Shown here in pieces: positions 1 through 5,063 of a DNA stretch of 5,708 nt. Source of the DNA: a virus; the IMG/VR virus record IMGVR_UViG_3300008114_000858, positions 1-5,708 of that record; one strand, 5' to 3'. Made by a program: the position numbers and the translations under genes. Numbering within the stretch: the first letter of the stretch is position 1; each line of letters opens with the position of its first letter. The notes under the pieces were generated by a model. The model saw only the letters and a list, made by a program, of their open reading frames with translations. It had not been told where the DNA came from and did no database searches.

Positions 1-1735
1 AGTAACGCTGTTTCTTCTTACTAATCATGTACTGAATAAACAGAGCCACGTTGTTTTCCACTACAGTCCAAGCGTTGTACCACTCAATCATTGTCTCCAG
101 GCGTTCATGAGTTTTATTGAGGTCATCAAACCTGCCACACCAGGAAGCCACAATCTTATCCCGCTCAATAGTATTAGTAACCTTTCCGTTGCCCTCATCT
201 TTTATGACTTCCACCGGGTTTTTGTAGATATAGATGGCACAGAGTGATTCAGAGGTTGTAGTCTTACCTTCTCCTACAGGGTCAACAGCGGCATAGTACA
301 TCCCAAACGTAGGATCTTTTGCAGGTCTTTCATACACACAAATAACTCCTTCTTTGTCTTCTGTCTTTTTAGAAATAGGAAACTCCATAATTGGAATCTT
401 CCTTGAAGGTTTGTCTATAATCTTACCTTCTGCGTTTCTAGAAAGATCTAAGTATTCTACTGAGTATTCTTTATCTTGAATACGTTGGATCTGTTTAGAG
501 ACAAGGTGAGGTGGAAATACTGATTCTTTCCTAGTAGCAAAAGCTTCTTCTATGTTTGTTGGCTTCTGCGATATCCTTAACTGATACTGTTCAGGAGTAA
601 GATCTCTCTTCCATCTTATCCTCTCTTCAACTATTGCTGCAAGAGCTTCTTCTACTTTTGAGTTACCATACTGATCTATAAAGGGAGGCATGCTCCACTG
701 CTCAGGAATAAAAAGTCCAGTCTTACCTATAGTTCCATCTTTATCTATAAGATTAGACTCTACAGCATATATATCATTAGCCTCAGGTTGAAGTACCATG
801 AGCTTAAGTGGTTCACAGGCTTCAAGATCACCGACTGAGCCGGCAGCAATAAACATACCTGTAGTAATCATACCACTCTGCATGGCAGGTCTCATGTACT
901 CGTAGGTCTGGTCCATCTTTGGAGCAATACCAGCCTCCTCGTGAAAGAAGTAAGTACACGGACCACCGACACCATTTGTTGGGTCTTTTTCAAAAGAGGT
1001 TCCAGTAATAATAGATTTATTACCCTTGTAAGTATCTCGTCCACTAATACGAACCTTAATACGCTGCTGCCAGGAAAATACTTTATCTGGATCAGATGGT
1101 CTGTACCAAGCAGTATGCTCGTTTAGAAATGTACGGTATTCAGTAAGCATACGCCAAGTACCTTTCTCTGAAATATAATCTTTAAGACTTGCTCCCATCT
1201 TAAGAACGGCACCGTTCTCAAACCAGAACATGTTGATCAACTTAGCTGCATGGAAATACGATGAGGCTATCTGACGTTTCTTTAAAATAGCTGAGTGTTT
1301 GTAGTGCAGTTCTGCTAGCTGTTCATACAAAGCCATGTGATACTGAGCATCTCTGACTTTTGCAAAGTCAAAACGTTTTTCTTCCTTGTCGTAGATAGGA
1401 AGAAAATTCAGCCACATGTAATAATCCCGACTGATATACCATGCATTACCGTTATTTTTTACAATAATGCCTGACTTACACTTCATTTTCTGGTCATCCC
1501 AGTAATTAATAAAGTCTTTAGTTTTTACAGGGGCTGGGCAGTAAAAACCTTGTTGTTGGTATTTTCTAGCTTCAGCATTAAATATCTGACTGCTTTCATC
1601 AAAACCATATTGACCAGGCTCTTTAAATAACTTAACCAAATAGTCTCTGAACTCTTCTCTTGAGTAAAAAGTAGTTAGATCCCACTGCCCATTTTCATAG
1701 GTTGGTACTTCTATATATGGTTTATTTTTCTCCAA
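1..1735 (-). CDS. terL: Terminase large subunit (TerL), T4 gp17-like ATPase plus nuclease. The N-terminal ~578 codons are in the window and the C-terminus lies beyond the left edge.
   Basis: My own translation gives an uninterrupted minus-strand frame from 1735 to position 1 (578 codons plus 1 nt). It is absent from the track because there is no in-window stop. The translation begins (TTG)EKNKPYIEVPTYENGQWDLTTFYSREEFRDYL. A Walker-A-like LKKRQIASS lies at about 1260-1290. A Walker-B/catalytic-Glu-like CTYFFHEEAG lies at about 930-960, followed by GMFIAAGS. An RNase-H-type nuclease Asp motif MYYAAVDPVGEGKT lies at about 260-300. Motif order and spacing resemble T4 gp17 (Walker A near residue 155). 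The start is uncertain: the frame is closed by TAG at 1738-1736, the first in-frame ATG is about 83 codons in, and TTG at 1735-1733 is the only canonical start. Confidence 0.85.
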   Translation of the reverse strand, partial: MEKNKPYIEVPTYENGQWDLTTFYSREEFRDYLVKLFKEPGQYGFDESSQIFNAEARKYQQQGFYCPAPVKTKDFINYWDDQKMKCKSGIIVKNNGNAWYISRDYYMWLNFLPIYDKEEKRFDFAKVRDAQYHMALYEQLAELHYKHSAILKKRQIASSYFHAAKLINMFWFENGAVLKMGASLKDYISEKGTWRMLTEYRTFLNEHTAWYRPSDPDKVFSWQQRIKVRISGRDTYKGNKSIITGTSFEKDPTNGVGGPCTYFFHEEAGIAPKMDQTYEYMRPAMQSGMITTGMFIAAGSVGDLEACEPLKLMVLQPEANDIYAVESNLIDKDGTIGKTGLFIPEQWSMPPFIDQYGNSKVEEALAAIVEERIRWKRDLTPEQYQLRISQKPTNIEEAFATRKESVFPPHLVSKQIQRIQDKEYSVEYLDLSRNAEGKIIDKPSRKIPIMEFPISKKTEDKEGVICVYERPAKDPTFGMYYAAVDPVGEGKTTTSESLCAIYIYKNPVEVIKDEGNGKVTNTIERDKIVASWCGRFDDLNKTHERLETMIEWYNAWTVVENNVALFIQYMISKKKQRY

Positions 1736-1940
1736 CTAGCTTGCTTATTTTCTTTTTGTCTCCACCTGTTTTGTGTAAGATTTCTATCAAAGTATCAATA
1801 GACTTACTTCTTAGAATACCAGGTTTAGTAGAGTCACTCCAATAATCATTATAAAGTTCTCTAGGAATAGCTGCCCAGTTTTTATTATGAGCATTGTAGT
1901 GAAACACATAGTTGTAAAGGGCATAGTCTTTGTTTTCCAT
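1722..1940 (-). CDS. Hypothetical small protein (72 aa) immediately upstream of TerL
   Basis: Track ORF with an ATG start at 1940 and a TAA stop at 1724-1722. The composition is protein-like (MENKDYALYNYVFHYNAHNKNWAAIPRELYNDYW...). It overlaps the putative terL TTG start by 14 nt. I recognise no family. Confidence 0.6.
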   Translation of the reverse strand: MENKDYALYNYVFHYNAHNKNWAAIPRELYNDYWSDSTKPGILRSKSIDTLIEILHKTGGDKKKISKLVGEK

Positions 1941-1956
1941 AAGAATTAATTTAATG

Positions 1957-2030
1957 TGGTTGCGGAGCCTAGAGTTGAACTAGGATTCCTGGGTTATGAG
2001 CCCAGTGTGCTACCGTTACACCACCCCGCG
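1957..2030 (-). tRNA. tRNA-Met (anticodon CAU), initiator (fMet)-like, with encoded 3' CCA
   Basis: Hand-folded 74-nt cloverleaf: CGCGGGG UG GUGU AACGGUA GCAC A CUGGG CUCAUAA CCCAG GAAU CCUAG UUCAACU CUAGG CUCCGCA A CCA. The CAU anticodon is at 1998-1996. It has a C1xA72 mismatch, G29-G31:C39-C41, the discriminator A73 and an encoded CCA. Both the 5' CGCGGGG and the 3' CGCAACCA ends match E. coli tRNA-fMet as I recall it. The 11:24 pair is U:A rather than the initiator-typical A:U. Confidence 0.85.
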
Positions 2031-2039
2031 GTATTTTTG

Positions 2040-2129
2040 CTGTAAGGGGAGGATTTGAACCTCCAAGGATAAGAAACCCTATCCACCTCCGAGACAGGGA
2101 GGCACGTCTGCCAGTTTCGTCACCTTACA
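2040..2129 (-). tRNA. Atypical class-II (long variable arm) tRNA with a GUC (Asp-type) anticodon loop; isotype unresolved
   Basis: Hand-folded 90-nt cloverleaf: UGUAAGG UG ACG AAACUGGCAGA CGU G CCUCC CUGUCUC GGAGG U GGAUAGG GUUU CUUAUCC UU GGAGG UUCAAAU CCUCC CCUUACA G. It has a 7-bp acceptor stem, a canonical T-loop, a 3-bp D stem with GG in the loop, and a 21-nt variable arm with a 7-bp stem. The GUC anticodon is at 2095-2093. There is no encoded CCA. Confidence 0.7.
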
Positions 2130-2770
2130 GTAGAAGTCCATGTAGGACCTATAATAGAAACTAGTTCTTCCTTGTTTTTAAATGGTATACGTTTATGTAC
2201 ACCAATAAAAGGAATCTTAGTTCCCTTCTCTAAAAGTTTATCATCATATATCAGACCTTTATCTACATAGTCTTGATGCCAAAGAACTTTAGGAGCATAA
2301 ACACCAAGTATATAAAAGGTCTTTTCACAGTTATTATCCTTTGTTACAATAATCTGAGGATAACGAGCTTTCTTTTGTTTTACAGGATCAAGCTTCTCAT
2401 ATACTTGATCCGGTATAAAATCAAGCATTGGAGGATTAGCTACTCTATGCGTCTTTACTCCAATATGTAATCCTGCAGGTAATAAATCAGGGATATTCTT
2501 TTTTATATCATATGAAGTATCAGGATCTGTAAATTCTATACCTAAAAACTTCTCTACAGCTCTTTGCCCCATGTGCCCATTAGTACTTCTTTTCTCTAAG
2601 TAGTTGTCATCAATAATGTACTGAGGACCTGCGTCTCGTTTTTTATCTGACCAGTCTACAGAATATTCTTTTCTATAGTTATACTCCTCATCGGTTAGTA
2701 CAACTTTATATGAGTCAGAAAGAACAGACTCTATTCTTTTATTATATTCTCTTATAGATACTATTGTCAT
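2120..2770 (-). CDS. Hypothetical protein (216 aa) with a possible restriction-endonuclease-like (PD-(D/E)xK-like) core
   Basis: Track ORF. The ATG at 2770 overlaps the upstream stop as ATGA (2767-2770). The segment GHMGQRAVEKFLGIEF...IPDLLPAGLHIGVKTHR resembles the G..GE.A...L / (D/E)xDL / xEVK pattern of YraN/Hjc-type nuclease folds, but with Gly where the acidic residue of ExK is expected. This assignment rests on motif recall only. Confidence 0.6.
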   Translation of the reverse strand: MTIVSIREYNKRIESVLSDSYKVVLTDEEYNYRKEYSVDWSDKKRDAGPQYIIDDNYLEKRSTNGHMGQRAVEKFLGIEFTDPDTSYDIKKNIPDLLPAGLHIGVKTHRVANPPMLDFIPDQVYEKLDPVKQKKARYPQIIVTKDNNCEKTFYILGVYAPKVLWHQDYVDKGLIYDDKLLEKGTKIPFIGVHKRIPFKNKEELVSIIGPTWTSTVR

Positions 2771-3279
2771 TGGTCGTATGCTAAGTTTTGTCCTCCTCTT
2801 ACTTGAGACTGCTGCTCTTCTTCCAGATCTCGTAGCGTACCTTTAAAACTTTGCCGGATAGCCTCAAACTTCGCGGCTGCATTAACAAGTGCTGTAATGT
2901 TACCGTCTCTACCGTGCTCAATCTCCGTGGTCTCCATATACTTCGCAAGCCTATCCAACATTGTCTTAATACCCATGTACGCTCTGTACGTGGGAGTTTG
3001 GTATAGTTTCTCACACATTCTAAGACCAACGACAATAAGGTCATCATCAGTGGAAAAGTCAGCATCAATCTCTTGAAGAATAATCTCTTCTTTCTCAGCT
3101 TCGGGTACATCAAAGAAGGGGTTTAGATCAGGGTTAGGGCAGGTCATGTAAAACAGATACGCATATATCCGCAAATGTTCATCTGGATATGAGTCCATAA
3201 TATTTTTAAGAAACTTAAGAGTATAGCAGTGTTCACTTGCTGTTACCTTTCCGTTCTGTATATCAAATAATCTTATCAT
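2767..3279 (-). CDS. Hypothetical acidic protein (170 aa)
   Basis: Track ORF with an ATG at 3279 and a TGA at 2769-2767. The composition is protein-like and predicted to be largely helical, with an acidic centre (EAEKEEIILQEIDADFSTDDD) and the C-terminal end RDLEEEQQSQVRGGQNLAYDQ. I recognise no family. Confidence 0.65.
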   Translation of the reverse strand: MIRLFDIQNGKVTASEHCYTLKFLKNIMDSYPDEHLRIYAYLFYMTCPNPDLNPFFDVPEAEKEEIILQEIDADFSTDDDLIVVGLRMCEKLYQTPTYRAYMGIKTMLDRLAKYMETTEIEHGRDGNITALVNAAAKFEAIRQSFKGTLRDLEEEQQSQVRGGQNLAYDQ

Positions 3280-3289
3280 AATATTTTAT

Positions 3290-3370
3290 TTACCAGGGTC
3301 TACCTGCTCTTGTCATAAGTTCAAGCCGGTATTCTTCTAGCCATTTTAAAAACTTTATAAACTTTTTCAT
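3290..3370 (-). CDS. Putative 26-aa micro-protein (MKKFIKFLKWLEEYRLELMTRAGRPW), not in the supplied track
   Basis: The ATG at 3370-3368 overlaps the TGA of the upstream 72-aa ORF as ATGA, the same coupling used at other junctions here. The TAA stop is at 3292-3290, 10 nt before the next ATG at 3279. The ORF fills what would otherwise be an 87-nt gap in a gap-free operon, and the sequence is amphipathic-helix-like. It is short, so it could occur by chance. Confidence 0.4.
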   Translation of the reverse strand: MKKFIKFLKWLEEYRLELMTRAGRPW

Positions 3371-3585
3371 TGTGGTATTAAATTTTCTCCTGCTGTTGGA
3401 TTTCCGTAAACCTTTATATCATTTTGGTCTACTGTTCTTAGTTCTCCCGTGTGATAAAAGCGTACAATAAACTGAGGATTGCTATGTATTGACCCTGCTA
3501 TCATAAACAAAGCCACACCATGACCAAGCTCACGAACTTCTACATCAAAAGGATTAAGTATTTCATGGATGGTTTGTACAATCAT
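3367..3585 (-). CDS. Hypothetical small protein (72 aa)
   Basis: Track ORF. The ATG at 3585 overlaps the nuclease stop as ATGA (3582-3585). The sequence MIVQTIHEILNPFDVEVRELGHGVALFMIAGSIHSNPQFIVRFYHTGELRTVDQNDIKVYGNP has a beta-rich look. I recognise no family. Confidence 0.6.
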   Translation of the reverse strand: MIVQTIHEILNPFDVEVRELGHGVALFMIAGSIHSNPQFIVRFYHTGELRTVDQNDIKVYGNPTAGENLIPQ

Positions 3586-4415
3586 TGTTTAGCTTTTAAC
3601 TTGTGACGATTATCTTCTAACCAATGCAGTAGTGAAATAACTTCTTGTTTTAAATAAGGCAGATCATACTGTACAATATCTTTTACTATGGGATCACCAT
3701 TACTGTCAAGAGCAGTTATGGGATTACCAAACTTATCTTTATCAACTTCTTCAAACATGATGTGATGTATTGTCAAGCTTCCAAACTTTAATTTTGGATT
3801 ATGCTTTAGTATCATAAACATGTAAGTACTAAGCTGTAAAGCGTAGTGATTAAGATTACAATCATCAAGATGGCTAACAGGAGGAAACATTTTTTGTGTT
3901 ATGCCTTCCCAGTTTGTGTATCCTTCTACTTTAATTTCTTTATTGGTCTTGTAGTCTGTAATATGTACTTCTCCATTGACCACTTCTACTAGATCTGACT
4001 GGCCACAAATACCAGCAGACTTTAAATAAACCATATGCTCGGGATAGACTCCACTAGAAAGCTTCTGGTTTGGAGAATACTTAACTCCGTCTTTTTCTAT
4101 GGGTTTTATAACAGGTATAACTACACCATGGCGTTCCATGGATTCTACTTCACATATATCTTTTTCTCTGCAGTTGTGATACCAGGTACCAAGACTTGTG
4201 GCTCTGTTTGCTTCTGACTTCCAGGCATCCTTGATTGCCTCAGGAGTCATACCATACCACTTTGATTTTTTACTCTTACTTGATTTTTCTGCTATCTTAT
4301 CTGCTTCAAAAGGCTGTTTAAAGTTTGATATAAAAGACGTTACACTTAACCAGTCAATATCGTCTGGTTCTATGCTGCTGTACTTGTGATGTTGAGGGGT
4401 GAATGTTATTATCAT
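3582..4415 (-). CDS. PD-(D/E)xK superfamily nuclease, RecB/Cas4-like exonuclease type (277 aa from the ATG)
   Basis: The track ORF 3582..4427 starts at a TTG. I prefer the ATG at 4415-4413 (MIITFTPQHHKYSS...). The motif order is N-terminal HxY...SVTSFI, then GTWYH, then GQSDLVEV (Asp), then HITDYKTNK (DxK), then YALQLSTY (QxxxY). That order is characteristic of RecB-family PD-(D/E)xK nucleases. There is no C-terminal Cys cluster. Confidence 0.75.
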   Translation of the reverse strand: MIITFTPQHHKYSSIEPDDIDWLSVTSFISNFKQPFEADKIAEKSSKSKKSKWYGMTPEAIKDAWKSEANRATSLGTWYHNCREKDICEVESMERHGVVIPVIKPIEKDGVKYSPNQKLSSGVYPEHMVYLKSAGICGQSDLVEVVNGEVHITDYKTNKEIKVEGYTNWEGITQKMFPPVSHLDDCNLNHYALQLSTYMFMILKHNPKLKFGSLTIHHIMFEEVDKDKFGNPITALDSNGDPIVKDIVQYDLPYLKQEVISLLHWLEDNRHKLKAKQ

Positions 4416-4737
4416 GGGTGAATCCAATTGGGTTATTCATAGGGGTTGTAGATATTGCTTGAAGTACTTCTTGAGGACTATGAAAAGTTGCGTAGAACCT
4501 TCCAGAGAATTTGTCAAACACTACGGATCTGTGTTTGCTAATCTTATTTTTACTATTGACGTACTCTTCTATAGAACTAATACATTCTTTCTTAAACCAT
4601 TTCTTTACCTTAATCTGTTTGACAAGAACTTCTTTCTTTTCTGGAAATAAATCCCCGCCTTCCATCTTTTGATAGATAGTCTTGGTCTTGTAGATTGAAT
4701 GAACCACTTCTAGTTGTATGGAATCATGCGGAATCAA
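4354..4737 (-). CDS. Hypothetical protein (127 aa from TTG 4737, or 103 aa from ATG 4665)
   Basis: Track ORF. The TTG at 4737-4735 overlaps the upstream TGA as TTGA. The first ATG, at 4665-4663, gives MEGGDLFPEKKEV.... The 3' end overlaps the nuclease gene by 62 nt. I recognise no family. Confidence 0.55.
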   Translation of the reverse strand: MIPHDSIQLEVVHSIYKTKTIYQKMEGGDLFPEKKEVLVKQIKVKKWFKKECISSIEEYVNSKNKISKHRSVVFDKFSGRFYATFHSPQEVLQAISTTPMNNPIGFTHDNNIHPSTSQVQQHRTRRY

Positions 4738-5063
4738 ATGCCTAACTTACTTTTTAAAAAATCTTCTTCAGCCTGAGTTATTTCAGCTTTCCATTTACCT
4801 AAAGGACAATCTGAAGAAAGTGATCTGGTTTTAAATGCAAGAGAGCAGCCACATCCTCCTTTTGTCTGATCACAACATGGAGTTGTTCCTGCAACAACAC
4901 AACCAGCATCTTTTTCTGTAAACAAATCACATTGCCGGCAGATGCTCATTCTTTCTTTAGCAATCTGCTCTACATCCTCTTTCTTAAAGATTGAGTTTGT
5001 GATACCTTCAAGTATCTGACCCTTGTTCTTCCAGATTCTGATCACGTTCTCTTTTAGACTCAT
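4734..5063 (-). CDS. Cys-rich small protein (109 aa), probable metal-binding, function unknown
   Basis: Track ORF with an ATG at 5063. It has eight Cys arranged as CRQC-x9-C-x7-CC-x5-CGC-x13-CPLGKW. I recall the pattern R..iCxxC ... CGC ... CPxxKW from an uncharacterised family found in bacteria and phages (possibly Pfam DUF6171), but I have not verified that. Confidence 0.65.
   Translation of the reverse strand: MSLKENVIRIWKNKGQILEGITNSIFKKEDVEQIAKERMSICRQCDLFTEKDAGCVVAGTTPCCDQTKGGCGCSLAFKTRSLSSDCPLGKWKAEITQAEEDFLKSKLGI

Noticed and set aside
941-1126. Plus-strand 61-aa ORF from the track
   Set aside because: It lies entirely antisense to the continuous terL reading frame. Its composition is low-complexity, typical of a shadow ORF, and it has no flanking signals.
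1944-1951. AATTAATT palindrome in the 16-nt spacer between the initiator-like tRNA and the 72-aa ORF
   Set aside because: An 8-nt AT-only palindrome in AT-rich DNA is expected by chance. The spacer is too short to hold an operator or promoter.
2039-2130. Reading the class-II tRNA as a tRNA-Sec-like 8/5 molecule (an extra C:G pair would extend the acceptor stem to 8 bp)
   Set aside because: The anticodon is not UCA, and the D arm is a 3-bp stem with an 11-nt loop rather than the 6-bp/4-nt Sec type. The extra flanking pair is most simply coincidental.
2273-2470. Plus-strand 65-aa ORF from the track
   Set aside because: It is antisense within the 216-aa minus-strand CDS. The Ile/Leu/Tyr/Asn-rich composition is typical of an AT-rich antisense frame.
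2799-3113. 104-aa minus-strand ORF nested in an alternative frame of the 170-aa gene
   Set aside because: Its Arg/Leu/Ser-rich composition is typical of an off-frame translation. The 170-aa frame is longer, has protein-like composition, and is stop/start-coupled to its downstream neighbour by an ATGA overlap. There is no evidence for overprinting.
4035-4650. Three plus-strand ORFs from the track (4035..4217, 4198..4389, 4399..4650)
   Set aside because: All lie antisense to the nuclease and 127-aa genes. Their composition is hydrophobic and low-complexity, and nothing independent supports them. A fully minus-strand operon is the more parsimonious reading.
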